From contig JBKCHO010000055.1 of assembly GCA_046302815.1 (NCBI GenBank), positions 13,408 to 77,407 of the forward strand: DNA of 64,000 nt. Reading direction: 5' to 3'. Position 1 is the stretch's first letter. Every line of letters begins with the position of its first letter. A program made the translations under genes and the position numbers. Below are positions 47,331 to 58,553 of this stretch, in pieces. Under the pieces are notes generated by a model that was given only the letters and a program-made list of their open reading frames with translations, had not been told where the DNA came from and did no database searches. The DNA comes from Bacteroidota bacterium (GTDB taxonomy: Bacteria; Bacteroidota; Bacteroidia; AKYH767-A; OLB10).

Positions 47331-48614
47331 ATGAATATCCTATTGCTGGGTTCTGGTGGAAGAGAAAACGCTTTTGCCTGGAAAATCTCCCAAAGCCCTC
47401 TGTGCGGCAAGCTTTTCATAGCTCCTGGCAATGCAGGAAGCACACGATTCGGAACCAACATAGCTGTATCCGCGACTGATTTCGACAAGATAAAAGAAGT
47501 TGTTGTTGATAATGACATCAACTTGGTCGTTGTGGGTCCAGAGGATCCATTGGTGAAAGGTATTCGCGACTACTTTGAATCAGATCCACTATTGTGTCAT
47601 ATTCCAATGGTTGGTCCTGGCAAGGCAGGAGCAATGCTAGAGGGTAGCAAAGATTTCTCGAAAAAATTCATGTTTCGTAATGGAATACCAACTGCCAAGT
47701 ATGCTACCTTTTCCTCTGAAAACATAGAATCGGGTATGGAATTCCTCGAATCCATGTCTGCCCCCTATGTGTTGAAGGCGGATGGATTGGCAGCTGGAAA
47801 GGGTGTATTGATATTGGATAACTTATCGGATGCCAAAAAAGAGTTGCGATCGATGTTAATTGATTCGAAATTCGGTGAAGCCTCTTCAACTGTTGTCATA
47901 GAAGAATTTCTTTCAGGTATCGAGCTAAGTGTTTTCGTATTGACTGATGGAAAAGATTATGTTATTCTGCCTGAAGCCAAAGACTACAAGCGAATTGGAG
48001 AAGGCGATACCGGATTAAATACCGGAGGCATGGGTGCTGTATCGCCCGTTCCATTCGCTGATAGTAGTTTTATGGAAAAAGTGGAGGAACGAATTGTAAA
48101 GCCAACCATACAAGGGTTGGCTAATGAGGGCATTCCATACGCTGGATTCATTTTCATCGGATTGATGCGCGTTGATAGCGATCCGTTCGTTATTGAATAC
48201 AATGTTCGTATGGGTGACCCAGAGACCGAAGTTGTTCTGCCTCGCATTCAAAGTGATTTGGTGGAATTGCTTATTGGCTCCGCTACCGGAAAATTGAAAG
48301 ATGTGGCAATGGAAATCTCGGATCAAACTGCCTTAACGGTTATCATGGCATCAAGAGGTTATCCAGGAGAAATTGAAAAAGGTAAAACAATCAGTGGAAT
48401 GGAAGATTGCGTTGGAAGTTTGGTATTTCATGCAGGAACAACCATGAAGGATGGCAACCTTCAAACATCCGGAGGACGGGTATTTGCCATTACATCTGTT
48501 GGAGCCAATATAGCTGATGCTAAAGAAAAATCGATGCAGTGTGCACACTGCATCGATTTCGATGGAAAATATTTTAGAAGAGACATAGGCGAGGACTTGA
48601 TGAAGTTCGCCTGA
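47331..48614 (+). CDS. purD: Phosphoribosylamine--glycine ligase
   Basis: MNILLLGSGGRENAFAWKI start and the ATP-grasp core (GKGVLI, EEFLSGIELSV). Length 427 aa. Confidence 0.95.
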   Translation: MNILLLGSGGRENAFAWKISQSPLCGKLFIAPGNAGSTRFGTNIAVSATDFDKIKEVVVDNDINLVVVGPEDPLVKGIRDYFESDPLLCHIPMVGPGKAGAMLEGSKDFSKKFMFRNGIPTAKYATFSSENIESGMEFLESMSAPYVLKADGLAAGKGVLILDNLSDAKKELRSMLIDSKFGEASSTVVIEEFLSGIELSVFVLTDGKDYVILPEAKDYKRIGEGDTGLNTGGMGAVSPVPFADSSFMEKVEERIVKPTIQGLANEGIPYAGFIFIGLMRVDSDPFVIEYNVRMGDPETEVVLPRIQSDLVELLIGSATGKLKDVAMEISDQTALTVIMASRGYPGEIEKGKTISGMEDCVGSLVFHAGTTMKDGNLQTSGGRVFAITSVGANIADAKEKSMQCAHCIDFDGKYFRRDIGEDLMKFA

Positions 48615-48619
48615 ACAAA

Positions 48620-48802
48620 TCAGTCGTTATCGGCCAAATAATTACGGCCGCCTTTGCGCACCTGCTCGCCATAAAAAAGCCAGTAGAAAGTTCCAACAAA
48701 ACCAACAATAATGAAGAAGATGTTTACCATTCTACCCATTGGTTTTGCAAGAGCAAATATCCATTCAAATAAATCAGCGATTCCGTACCAAACTGCATCC
48801 AT
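48620..48802 (-). CDS. Small membrane protein (hypothetical)
   Basis: Likely start MDAVWYGIADLFEWIF, with a single strong TM segment (NIFFIIVGFVGTFYWLF). Low confidence. Confidence 0.35.
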   Translation of the reverse strand: MDAVWYGIADLFEWIFALAKPMGRMVNIFFIIVGFVGTFYWLFYGEQVRKGGRNYLADND

Positions 48803-48897
48803 GATGTATCTTATTTTTATGCAAAAATAATTCATTTTTAATAGCCCGTCAAACTCGGTCTTATAAAGACCAAAACAAAAAAATGTAGTTTAAGTAA

Positions 48898-49881
48898 ATG
48901 ATTGTTAGGTTATTAAAAAACTCTCACCCAGCAGGATATGTCATAGCGCCAATGCTGTTGGTGATCATTGCTACTGTTTGGGGAGCACAATCAAGTGTGA
49001 CTCCGGATTGGCATCCAATGCCGTTATACCACTTGCTGTCCGGCGTTTCGGTCATGCTGCCTGAATGGCTCACCAGTGGCTTAGCCTGTATTTTAGTTGG
49101 ATTGCAAGCCTTCCATTGGAACAAAGTAGTGGCAACTCACGAGGTGCTTTATAAAAAATCTTTGTTACCCCTATTGCTCTTCGTGGCCATTGCGATTGCG
49201 ATGCCCGGCTTTCTAACAATTTCACCCATTCTGTTTGTTGTATCGCTAATTGTTTTGATTTGCGACAAGCTATTTAAAATTTATAAAAACCCAGGCCCCT
49301 TGCCTCTGATCTTCGACTCTGCCTTTCTGGCGTCGTTGTCGGCATTGATCTGGTTCCCATCTATCTTCCTTCTACCATTCATTGTCATTGCCGTATCAAT
49401 GCTAAAAACTATCAATGGCCGAGATTTGATGATTGTCATCATAGGATTTTCAATACCCTTTTTCCTTGCGTTCGTTATCCTGTTTTGGTTTGATGCAGTT
49501 AGTATCCAAAATATATTACTGCCATGGCAAACTCTTGGCTTAGAATCTGGATTGCTGGAAGATTCGACATCAGTTTGGATTATCGGGTTGTATTCCTTCA
49601 CAACTATATTGTCTATATGGCGTATCAATAGAAATTTCTATAAAAACGCTACGAAAGTCCGATATTTCCAGCAAACCGTATTCCTGCTGTACTTTTTTTC
49701 ACTTTTGGCTTTGGTGTTTGCGCACTCGAGCAATATACAAACCTTCTACATACTCTCCATTCCACTAACAACGATGCTGTCATATTATTTCTTAGCTGGC
49801 AAAAAACAATGGTGGGCCGAGCTGCTTTTCGCCAGCATCCTTGCATTTGGAATTTGCGTTCAATCTGGGTTGTTGAATTAA
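48898..49881 (+). CDS. Polytopic membrane protein of unknown function (~9 TM)
   Basis: Hydrophobic helices throughout. Adjacent and co-directional with an acyltransferase-3 gene. No motif recognised. Confidence 0.45.
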   Translation: MIVRLLKNSHPAGYVIAPMLLVIIATVWGAQSSVTPDWHPMPLYHLLSGVSVMLPEWLTSGLACILVGLQAFHWNKVVATHEVLYKKSLLPLLLFVAIAIAMPGFLTISPILFVVSLIVLICDKLFKIYKNPGPLPLIFDSAFLASLSALIWFPSIFLLPFIVIAVSMLKTINGRDLMIVIIGFSIPFFLAFVILFWFDAVSIQNILLPWQTLGLESGLLEDSTSVWIIGLYSFTTILSIWRINRNFYKNATKVRYFQQTVFLLYFFSLLALVFAHSSNIQTFYILSIPLTTMLSYYFLAGKKQWWAELLFASILAFGICVQSGLLN

Positions 49882-49887
49882 TAGCAG

Positions 49888-51006
49888 TTGTATTCAGAGA
49901 TAAATACTACATCAAACAGGGTGCATGGCTTGGATGCGCTCAGAGGAATTGCCATACTGCTTGTTCTACTTAGGCATCACCCCCTGAACGAATGGACCCA
50001 GAAAATAGGGTGGATTGGAGTGGATTTGTTTTTTGTGATTAGTGGATTCTTAGTCTCTGGTTTATTGTTTGACGAATTTCAGAAAAACGGACGAGTGAAT
50101 GTCCTAAGGTTTCTGCTAAGAAGGTTATTGAAAATCTATCCCCTCTATCTTATTGTGATCGGCATTTATTTGATTTGCCTACCTGGATCATTCACTTATA
50201 GAGGACTAATGATAGACCTGGTAATGTTGCAGAACTATCTATATGGATGGGGAAATGTTTTTGCTGCTAGTTGGTCGTTGGCTATAGAGTTACATTTTTA
50301 CTTATTCATCGGCATGTTGTTCGGTTTGGCAAACTTGATTAACACTAGAAAAAACATGCCGTTTAACTATGGTTATCGCAGTAGCATAATTCCAATTGCC
50401 ATCATTTTTATATTGATTTGCTGTTTGATGCTTCGGCTACAACATTTCTTCAATCAGGACTCAGTAGGCGTAACCTTAATAACAATGTCGCACTTAAGAT
50501 TGGACTCTCTTTTCGCTGGAGTGCTCGTATCGTGGGTCTTCCGTTTCAAAAAGAAACTGCTATATGATTTTGTAATAAAACACCAGATGACATTGGCTTT
50601 TGTTGCTATGGCCCTGGTTTCTTGGACACCATTCATTGAAATTTTAGACTCGGGTTTTGGAAAAACAATTGGTTTCAGCCTCCTATATATTGCTTTCTCA
50701 ATCCTACTGCTTTTAACCATCGTAGAGCCCAAAAAAACGATTTCTCACACGCAACCAAAAAGCTTTCGAGTTATATTAAAAACGCTTGGCAAAATAGGAT
50801 TGGCTTCATATGGTATCTATCTGATACATGGCTTAACAAATATCCTCTATGAAGGGGTAAAAACAACGGCTGATATTGATCCCGGACCATATTGGGGATT
50901 TTTGATTACATCAACAACAAGCATTGTGGCAGGGTGGGTGTTAACAAATTTTATAGAGGCTAAAATACTTCTATTCAGAGACCGAAAAATACCTGCGGGG
51001 AACTAA
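49888..51006 (+). CDS. Acyltransferase family 3 (membrane O-acyltransferase)
   Basis: N-terminal GLDALRGIAILLVLLRHH with the conserved His, and about ten TM helices. Confidence 0.7.
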   Translation: MYSEINTTSNRVHGLDALRGIAILLVLLRHHPLNEWTQKIGWIGVDLFFVISGFLVSGLLFDEFQKNGRVNVLRFLLRRLLKIYPLYLIVIGIYLICLPGSFTYRGLMIDLVMLQNYLYGWGNVFAASWSLAIELHFYLFIGMLFGLANLINTRKNMPFNYGYRSSIIPIAIIFILICCLMLRLQHFFNQDSVGVTLITMSHLRLDSLFAGVLVSWVFRFKKKLLYDFVIKHQMTLAFVAMALVSWTPFIEILDSGFGKTIGFSLLYIAFSILLLLTIVEPKKTISHTQPKSFRVILKTLGKIGLASYGIYLIHGLTNILYEGVKTTADIDPGPYWGFLITSTTSIVAGWVLTNFIEAKILLFRDRKIPAGN

Positions 51007-51020
51007 GTACCAATCGTAAC

Positions 51021-53567
51021 TTATTCGTGGAAGTAAACCCTTTTGACGCGTTGCGAAACAGAAGTCAATACCTCATAGGGAATAGTTTCAAGATCTTTCG
51101 CCATGTCAATAATGGTGTATCCTGGCCCAAAAACAATGACTTCATCACCCTCATGTACATCCAACCCTGTTACATCAATCATGGTCATATCCATGCATAT
51201 ATTACCAACAATTGGACATTTTTTGCCAGCTATCACCATATTTCCTTTCCCATTCGATAGCCTACGGTTTAATCCATCTGCATAGCCTATTCCAACAGTG
51301 GCAATTTGGGCATCCCGATCCATCTTGCCTTTCCTGGAATACCCCACTGTCTCTTGAGCTTTGACAATCTTGATTTGTGAGATGGTGGCGCGCAGTGTGG
51401 ATACGAATTCCAATTGCTTTTGTTCATGCATGGTGGCGGCAACCCCATGCAATCCAATTCCCAACCTTACCATTTCAAACTGATATTCGGGAAATCGTAA
51501 TATTCCAGCTGAATTCAAAACATGTCTTCGTATCGAATAGTTAAAATGCCGACATAACTGGCCAGACATCTCTGTAAAGCGTGCTGTCTGTTGTTTGGTG
51601 AAGGCATCGTGATTTGATTCATCACTGGCTGCCAAGTGAGTGAATATGGTAGCAATCTTCAAATGTTTCAGATTGCCTATTCGAATCACCAATTCGTTCA
51701 CTTCTTCTTCTGTAAAGCCAAGTCTACGCATCCCCGTATCCAACTTCAGGTGAATTGGAAAGGGCTCTGTGGATTCATTTTGCCTGCGTCTCTTAACGGC
51801 CTCACTGAAGTGATTCAAAATACGAAAGCTATATATCTCCGGCTCCAATTTATAATCCACCATGGTATCGAAACTCTGCTCCTCGGGGCTCATAACCATG
51901 ATTGGCAAAGTGATTCCAGCTTTTCGAAGCTCCACTCCTTCATCGGCGTAAGCCACCGCCAGATAATCCACTCGATGGAATTGAAGCAGGTTAGCTATTT
52001 CGAAACTGCCGCTACCATAGGAGAAGGCCTTAACCATAACCATTACAGCCGTGTCGGGCCGAAGCCTCGATTTGAAAAAATTAAGGTTGTGTACTACAGC
52101 GTTCAAATTAATCTCCAGGACTGTTTCATGCGCCTTTTGCTGGAGCATCCTGACAATCCGTTCGAAGCCGAAAGACCTTGCGCCTTTGAGCAAAATAGTC
52201 TCGTTGGAAAACATCCCTCCATGAAGTCCACTCAAAAATGAATCGGTGTCATTGAAAAAAACAGATTCACAATTGAAGCGGTTGGCCTGTCGGGATATGG
52301 CCGGCCCTATTCCTATAAGGCGTGAGACTTGTTTCTTTTCGAGCAACTCACCAACTTCGGTGTAAAGCGCTTCCTCGTTTTTGCCACTTTGAAGTATATC
52401 GGAAAGTATAATGGTTTTACGCGGATGTTGCTTTTGTTGATTCAAGAAGTCAAGAGCGATGGTAAGAGAACCTATGTCGCTGTTATAGCTATCATTGATA
52501 ATGGAACAGTTGCTGATGCCGTCCTTCATCTCTAACCTCATTGCCACTGGAGCCAGTGCGAGCATACGCTCCGAAATAACATCATGATCAATTTGAAGCA
52601 TCAACATCAATGCCCAACAATGGATGGCATTCTCAATGGATGCATCATCGGAAAAGGGAATACGGATATGGACAAATCGATTTTGGAAAATACCTTGTAT
52701 CTCCGTTTCGCCATTTTGTCTTGTGATGCGTCCGATTTGCAAATCGGCTGGATGCCTTTTTGACCATGTGAAAACTTCAAGGTCTTGAGGCAAAAAATCG
52801 GCGTGGTTCAATTTGTCAGCAATCACCAGATAATCGCGGCAATAGATCAGCTTTTTACAATGTTTGAACAAACGCAGCTTCTCAAGCGCCTTTTGATCCA
52901 TTCCCGAAAAATGTTCATCATGTGCCGAGCCAAGATTTGTAAAAATTCCTATATCCGGCCGGATGATGTTGCCCAGCTTCTCCATTTCTCCCGGCTCAGA
53001 TATACCCGCCTCGAATATCGCAAGGTCGTTGGAAGATTGCATATCCCAAACCGACAAAGGAACTCCAATTTGGGAGTTATAACTTTTAGGGCTTCTAACG
53101 ATGTGAAAATCGTCTCGAAGCAATTGAAACAGCCACTCCTTAACTATGGTCTTACCGTTGCTACCTGTAATTGCAATCACAGGATAACTGAACAACGACC
53201 TGCGATGTGCAGCAAGTTTTTGCAAGGCAACCAATGCATCGCTTACTACAATGAAACTGGAATCAGGAAATGCGGTAGCGCATTCCGGTCTGCTCACCAC
53301 AAAGGACCTAACACCGGCTGCATGCAAGTCAGGAATGAACTCATGCCCATCTCGCCGATCACCACGCATTGCAAAAAACAACGACGCAGAAGGCGCCAGC
53401 ATTTTACGGCTATCGGTTAGCAAATGCCTTACCGGTTCTGTTTGAGAAATGGGTCCAACCAGTTTACCTCCAAGAATGGAAGCTATTTCGTTTATCGTAT
53501 AGGGTTGCGTAGGCAACTGATTCGAATTTATGATTTGCGTCGGGCCTTGACAAAACAAGCCCGGCAA
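51021..53567 (-). CDS. murF: Bifunctional UDP-N-acetylmuramoyl-tripeptide--D-alanyl-D-alanine ligase / alanine racemase (MurF-Alr fusion)
   Basis: The N-terminal 450 aa carry the MurF P-loop AITGSNGKT and ligase C-domain. The C-terminal ~370 aa carry the alanine racemase PLP site [10 protein letters not shown] and TIM-barrel region, ending ...RVKRVYFHE. Confidence 0.85.
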   Translation of the reverse strand: MPGLFCQGPTQIINSNQLPTQPYTINEIASILGGKLVGPISQTEPVRHLLTDSRKMLAPSASLFFAMRGDRRDGHEFIPDLHAAGVRSFVVSRPECATAFPDSSFIVVSDALVALQKLAAHRRSLFSYPVIAITGSNGKTIVKEWLFQLLRDDFHIVRSPKSYNSQIGVPLSVWDMQSSNDLAIFEAGISEPGEMEKLGNIIRPDIGIFTNLGSAHDEHFSGMDQKALEKLRLFKHCKKLIYCRDYLVIADKLNHADFLPQDLEVFTWSKRHPADLQIGRITRQNGETEIQGIFQNRFVHIRIPFSDDASIENAIHCWALMLMLQIDHDVISERMLALAPVAMRLEMKDGISNCSIINDSYNSDIGSLTIALDFLNQQKQHPRKTIILSDILQSGKNEEALYTEVGELLEKKQVSRLIGIGPAISRQANRFNCESVFFNDTDSFLSGLHGGMFSNETILLKGARSFGFERIVRMLQQKAHETVLEINLNAVVHNLNFFKSRLRPDTAVMVMVKAFSYGSGSFEIANLLQFHRVDYLAVAYADEGVELRKAGITLPIMVMSPEEQSFDTMVDYKLEPEIYSFRILNHFSEAVKRRRQNESTEPFPIHLKLDTGMRRLGFTEEEVNELVIRIGNLKHLKIATIFTHLAASDESNHDAFTKQQTARFTEMSGQLCRHFNYSIRRHVLNSAGILRFPEYQFEMVRLGIGLHGVAATMHEQKQLEFVSTLRATISQIKIVKAQETVGYSRKGKMDRDAQIATVGIGYADGLNRRLSNGKGNMVIAGKKCPIVGNICMDMTMIDVTGLDVHEGDEVIVFGPGYTIIDMAKDLETIPYEVLTSVSQRVKRVYFHE

Positions 53568-54112
53568 AGAGGGATGTAACTCTCTTTCTCACCTAACATC
53601 ACCAAACCATCTTCGTTGATCGTGCGATGCGAATGATTGGCCAAGTCGCCACAGTGCATGCATATGGCATGTACTTTGGTAATGTAATCTGCAATGGCAA
53701 GGAGATTGGGCATTGGTCCAAATGGGTTACCCAGGTAATCCATATCCAATCCAGCTACTATTACGCGGATTCCCTGATTGGCCAACTGTTCACAAACCTG
53801 CGGCAAGCCATCATCAAAAAATTGAGCCTCGTCAATACCTACCACATCCACATCATTACAAAGAAGTAAAATATTCGCAGATGCAGGCAACGGCGTGGAC
53901 ACTATTGAATTGGCATCATGGGAAACGATATTTTGCTCGTCGTAGCGCTGGTCAACTTGCGGCTTGAAAATTTCCACTTTTTGTTTCGCAATCCGAGCTC
54001 GTTTCAGTCTTCGAATCAACTCCTCAGTTTTTCCAGAAAACATGGAGCCACAAATGACTTCGATGGCCCCTTTGCGGAACCCAGAAATATGTCCTGGTGT
54101 TTCTATAAACAT
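53528..54112 (-). CDS. tdk: Thymidine kinase
   Basis: P-loop [15 protein letters not shown] and a C-terminal zinc ribbon (CMHCG...CRACF). Confidence 0.9.
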   Translation of the reverse strand: MFIETPGHISGFRKGAIEVICGSMFSGKTEELIRRLKRARIAKQKVEIFKPQVDQRYDEQNIVSHDANSIVSTPLPASANILLLCNDVDVVGIDEAQFFDDGLPQVCEQLANQGIRVIVAGLDMDYLGNPFGPMPNLLAIADYITKVHAICMHCGDLANHSHRTINEDGLVMLGEKESYIPLCRACFVKARRKS

Positions 54113-54556
54113 ATTGCGATTGCTGCCGGCTTCAAAAATACCAACGAGGGAGATAGTATCAAAGAATGGTTTTCAGTTATTGGCGAAACCCGCCAAGTTT
54201 GCATCACGGTTTTCCAAGCCACAAGACAACTCATCTTCCCTGTAGTTTCTCGCTGAGGAGAAGAGGGAATGACAAGGCTGAGGCTTTGCGGATTCGGAAT
54301 CCTTGTTTCTCAACTGCTCCATCAATTCACGGCGCATGATGAGAAGATTTTCCAAAGTATCGGAAGCTTCAGATTTAGATTGATCCGGGGGGTAGGTCAT
54401 CATAATCTGATACGAAGGTAGTGGTTTGACCAAAGATGACCTAGCATCGGACTCATTATGGACTTTAATGTTTGTTAATCAGCGACTTAAAACAAGGAAG
54501 GGTTGCCCGTTTCATTCCATTGGAATGGATTAGATTTGTGCTTAGAAAAATTATCA

Positions 54557-55264
54557 ATGATGAAATTCGGAGTTGTTGTTTTCCCAGGTTCCAATTGCGA
54601 CCGTGATATGCAGTATGTGCTCAGTAATGTCCTTGGGCAGAAAACCGCCATGCTTTGGCACAAGGACCACGACTTGCAAGGGTGTGATTTTATCGTATTG
54701 CCGGGAGGCTTCTCATATGGCGACTATTTGAGATCAGGAGCGATTGCGCGCTTTTCGCCAATTATGCAGGAGGTGATGGAGTTTGCCGAAAAAGGTGGAT
54801 TTGTTTTGGGTCTTTGCAACGGTTTCCAAATCTTGACCGAGTCTAGGCTTTTGCCGGGAGCTTTACTTCACAACGATTCACGCAAATTCATATGTAAGAA
54901 TGTCCACTTGCGATGCGAAACGGATGAATCATTGATTACATCCAAGCTGCGTGTTGGACAAGTGCTGCAGATCCCAATCGCCCACGGCGAAGGGAAATAT
55001 TTCGCCGATGATCAAACCATGCAATCCTTGCGTGAAAACGATCAAGTGCTGTTTAGATACTGTGATGAGCATGGCCACAGTAACGACGAATCCAATCCCA
55101 ACGGGGCCACTGATTATATAGCTGGAATCTGTAATAAAAACAGGAATGTTTTTGGAATGATGCCTCATCCTGAAAGAGCATCCGACCCCGTGCTTGCTAA
55201 CAACGATGGCAGAGCCATATTCGATTCCATCCTCAACATGGCCGATATCCACACAGGTCGCTAA
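54557..55264 (+). CDS. purQ: Phosphoribosylformylglycinamidine synthase subunit PurQ (glutaminase)
   Basis: [16 protein letters not shown] start, catalytic Cys in GLCNGFQIL, and His/Glu in MMPHPER. The ORF-table start at 54503 adds an implausible leader. Confidence 0.9.
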   Translation: MMKFGVVVFPGSNCDRDMQYVLSNVLGQKTAMLWHKDHDLQGCDFIVLPGGFSYGDYLRSGAIARFSPIMQEVMEFAEKGGFVLGLCNGFQILTESRLLPGALLHNDSRKFICKNVHLRCETDESLITSKLRVGQVLQIPIAHGEGKYFADDQTMQSLRENDQVLFRYCDEHGHSNDESNPNGATDYIAGICNKNRNVFGMMPHPERASDPVLANNDGRAIFDSILNMADIHTGR

Positions 55265-55278
55265 AAAAGTTTTTTATA

Positions 55279-56067
55279 TTGAAGCCGTCTGTTTGCCTAA
55301 TCACCATCGGTCTGGCTCTGTTTATGGCCTGCAACTCCCCATCCAAGCCGCAACGGGAAAAAATAGAGGCTCTGCTTGGCGATTTTGTTTTTGTTGAAGG
55401 AGGGGCTTTTGTAATGGGCGACAGCATCAACGACCCAAACGGTCATATCTCCCATGTACCACATGAAGTAAGGATGGATGGATTTCACATGCAGTCCAAG
55501 GAGACGACGCAGGATGTATATTCATTGGTGATGGGTGAAAACCCGAGCGCCGACCAATCTTGGAAAGACTTACCGGTATCTGAAGTTTCATGGAATGATT
55601 GTATGATTTTTTTGGAAAAACTGAACAGCCTCACTGGTGGAAACTATAGGCTGCCAACGGAAGCCGAGTGGGAGTATGCTGCCCGTGGTGGAGCCCTAGG
55701 TTCGAACCAATTATTCAGTGGCTCCAACGACCCGGATTCAGTAGCTTGGCACCGTGGCAACAGCAAAGGCAGAATTCAACCTGTTGGCCTGCTTAAGCCT
55801 AATAGCTTGGGTATTTATGACATGAGTGGCAATGCGTGGGAATGGTGTAGTGATTTTTACGGAGACTATCGCACCGACTCCAGCCAACGCCACAATCCAG
55901 TTGGAATAGACTATGGAGTCATGAAGGTTTTCAGAGGAGGCTCCTTTGGAGACTCTGCCAGATATTGCAAAACTTCCTCACGGTTTTATACCGATCCTTT
56001 ATTGAGGTATCCAAGCATTGGTATGCGCCTTGTGAAAGACAAGGCACCATCAGGGCAAAACAGGTAA
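55279..56067 (+). CDS. Formylglycine-generating-enzyme (SUMF1/FGE-sulfatase) family lipoprotein
   Basis: Lipoprotein signal ...ALFMAC. YRLPTEAEWEYAARGG and GNAWEWCSD are hallmark FGE-domain motifs. Confidence 0.75.
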   Translation: MKPSVCLITIGLALFMACNSPSKPQREKIEALLGDFVFVEGGAFVMGDSINDPNGHISHVPHEVRMDGFHMQSKETTQDVYSLVMGENPSADQSWKDLPVSEVSWNDCMIFLEKLNSLTGGNYRLPTEAEWEYAARGGALGSNQLFSGSNDPDSVAWHRGNSKGRIQPVGLLKPNSLGIYDMSGNAWEWCSDFYGDYRTDSSQRHNPVGIDYGVMKVFRGGSFGDSARYCKTSSRFYTDPLLRYPSIGMRLVKDKAPSGQNR

Positions 56068-56068
56068 A

Positions 56069-57640
56069 TCAGAGTTCCTTCAACACATCCTTGGCTTGCT
56101 TGTCGTTGGGGTCAATGACAAGTACCTTCTTCCAAAAAGACCGAGACATTTCCTTATCCTTTTTCAAGAAATAATAATATCCCATATATCTGTAGGATTC
56201 CAACAAGCCCGCTTTGTATTTGTCGGGATTCGCGCTATCGGCTTCCGCCAATACAATGTATCGTTCGTATGCGGGGAAGGCTCTTCCTTCTTTAGAGTCT
56301 GGATCGAGGTTGGCTGATGTTTTAGCCTTCATAAGGAATCCGGGAGCCCAATTGGGTTGTATCTCACATACTTTTGTGAAGATGGAGTCCGCGAGATCAT
56401 ATTCTCGAAGCATCAATGCTGCTCGACCGAAATTATAGTTATCGGCTGATGTGAGTGGAAAGCGCCCTGACTTGTTTCTGTAAATCTCTTTTGCTTCGAT
56501 GTATTTGTTCTTTTTCATCAGAAGGTTTCCGGTCTCTGTGTATAATGCACCATCGGCATCTTCAAAAGTGAGCGCCTTTTGCAAAGCTAAAATGGCCAAC
56601 GAATCGGAATTATTCTTCTGGTAGTACTTAGCCAAATACTCATAATCCCTGGATTGGATATTGGCCGAATCCGCTTTAGCAAAAAAAGATTCCATCTGTT
56701 TCAAGCCATCTGCAAACTTGCCCAATTCAAAATTCGTATATGCAAGGATTTTGATTGCAGCCAGGTTATCGGGGTCCTTGCTAGACACAAAGAGGGCTGC
56801 ATCTTCAGCCTCCTTGAATTTTTTTGCAGCAAACAGATAACGACTCAGTTGAATTCTTGCCCTCATATCTTCAGGTGCACGGTTGAAATACTCAGCATAA
56901 GCGCGAGCGCCCAAATCCACTTCTCCCATTTCAAAATGCACCTCGGCTTTATGAAGTAGCGCTTGGGTGAATTCGGGGTTTAGCTTGATTGCCATATCCA
57001 ATTCGCCCATTGCGGCGGAAGGGTTTTTTATACGGCGATAGGCAAGCCCCTTCCTATGATATGAAATCGATTTCTTAGAGTCGGCGTCTATGGCGTTGTT
57101 ATAAAAATTCAATGCCGTTCCATGATCTCCTTGAGCAGCAAAGTAGTCTCCCTTCAAAATCAACCAATCGGGATTGGGCTGTTTGAGTTGCTTTTCCAAA
57201 ATGTTAATCCAGTTAAGTGCATAGCCAAGATCCTTCGACTTGAATTTGAAAAAAGCGCGTGTGACTTCCATCAGCAAAAGAGGAGACACATTTTTGGGGG
57301 TTTTTAAAACAGGCTCAAACATCAACTTGGCTGCTTCGGCGTTGTTGCTATAGACAATGTATATCGTTTTCGCTCCAACAACAAATGGATCGGTTGCAGA
57401 AAGCTTTTCCGCTTCCGCAAACAATGATTTGGCAGTTGCTCCATCGCCTTCGTTGATGGCGAGATTCATTTTAAAAAAGCATAGGGCTCCAGGATCCGAT
57501 GTGCCTTTGAAAGCATACAGGCATTGCTTGGCTCTGGCATAATCGCCGATTTCAATATAAGTGTTACAGGTTGCGTAATCCTGTGCGTGGATGGTTAATG
57601 GAAACAGGATTAGTAAGGCCAGTGATAATAACTTTCCCAT
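56069..57640 (-). CDS. Tetratricopeptide-repeat protein (secreted)
   Basis: Signal MGKLLSLALLILFPLTIHA. At least eight TPR-like helical pairs. Part of the conserved TonB cluster. Confidence 0.7.
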   Translation of the reverse strand: MGKLLSLALLILFPLTIHAQDYATCNTYIEIGDYARAKQCLYAFKGTSDPGALCFFKMNLAINEGDGATAKSLFAEAEKLSATDPFVVGAKTIYIVYSNNAEAAKLMFEPVLKTPKNVSPLLLMEVTRAFFKFKSKDLGYALNWINILEKQLKQPNPDWLILKGDYFAAQGDHGTALNFYNNAIDADSKKSISYHRKGLAYRRIKNPSAAMGELDMAIKLNPEFTQALLHKAEVHFEMGEVDLGARAYAEYFNRAPEDMRARIQLSRYLFAAKKFKEAEDAALFVSSKDPDNLAAIKILAYTNFELGKFADGLKQMESFFAKADSANIQSRDYEYLAKYYQKNNSDSLAILALQKALTFEDADGALYTETGNLLMKKNKYIEAKEIYRNKSGRFPLTSADNYNFGRAALMLREYDLADSIFTKVCEIQPNWAPGFLMKAKTSANLDPDSKEGRAFPAYERYIVLAEADSANPDKYKAGLLESYRYMGYYYFLKKDKEMSRSFWKKVLVIDPNDKQAKDVLKEL

Positions 57641-57653
57641 GGCGTTGTAGGTT

Positions 57654-58553
57654 TTAGTTTTCTATTTGTATTTCCCGTGGTGGGATTTGTATCGGTGCAG
57701 CGCCAAATAAGCGAATGATCCTTTGACCTTCAGAACTAGCCACCCAAGCAGCAAAACCTGTGGCAGGACCCGCATAGGGTTCTGAAGTGACCATGAGTAG
57801 CGTTCTGGTCAACGGATATTCTTTGGTAAAAACCGTAGATTGCGACGGCATAATTTGATTTGATAGGCTATCAACAAAGGGCATTATCTGTATTCGCTCC
57901 ATTCTTGATTTGACCTCCTTTGATTTTCTTTCACAAAGATAACTCCAAGACACCAACCCCACTTCCTTATCGCTGGCGGATACCCTTTCGATGATGGCGA
58001 GCTGATTTCCTACCAACTCCCACTCCATTCCACAGAAGGAGCGTAGGCTATTCGCCATAAAGTAACTGTTATCGGAATCGCTTCTATCGGTAACCATGTA
58101 TTGCGGCTTGTTGGCATTTAGAAAGGAGAAACAACTATCATGCCGCAAGGAAAAAGGATAGACTGGTAAAGTGTCAATGCCTCTTTTTGAAATCATTACA
58201 ATAGCATCCCTCATGATCGGCGACACCTTCGGGAAAACCCCTCGCTGAACCAAAGCCAAAGAATCGTTCGGAGAAAGCGCTTGGGTGGTAAGCAGCATTC
58301 TCACATTCTTATTTAACAACCTTTTATAAGGATTTCCCTTTTGTGTGGTGTCTATCTGAATGTTAACCAGGTCGTAAAGTCCCATATAGGTTTCGGTAAG
58401 CACCTTGGCAACAGGATAATGTGCTTCGTCAGTTTGGATGATAAAGCTTCCAGATAAGGGATCTCCTTTATCCTCGACCGTACTGCCCGAATTGCATCCG
58501 ATAACGAATAATATAGAATAGAGACAAGTGGAACAGAAAAACAGACTCTTCAT
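57654..58553 (-). CDS. PstS-like (phosphate-binding protein fold) substrate-binding lipoprotein associated with the TonB cluster
   Basis: Likely start MKSLFFCSTCLYSILFVIGC, a lipoprotein signal. The type-II periplasmic-binding-protein-like body is conserved next to tonB/exbBD in Flavobacteriia. Confidence 0.55.
   Translation of the reverse strand: MKSLFFCSTCLYSILFVIGCNSGSTVEDKGDPLSGSFIIQTDEAHYPVAKVLTETYMGLYDLVNIQIDTTQKGNPYKRLLNKNVRMLLTTQALSPNDSLALVQRGVFPKVSPIMRDAIVMISKRGIDTLPVYPFSLRHDSCFSFLNANKPQYMVTDRSDSDNSYFMANSLRSFCGMEWELVGNQLAIIERVSASDKEVGLVSWSYLCERKSKEVKSRMERIQIMPFVDSLSNQIMPSQSTVFTKEYPLTRTLLMVTSEPYAGPATGFAAWVASSEGQRIIRLFGAAPIQIPPREIQIEN

Noticed and set aside
51636-53420. 201-aa and 211-aa plus-strand ORFs inside the murF-alr gene
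   Set aside because: They are antisense to the MurF-Alr frame, which carries unambiguous P-loop and PLP-site motifs.
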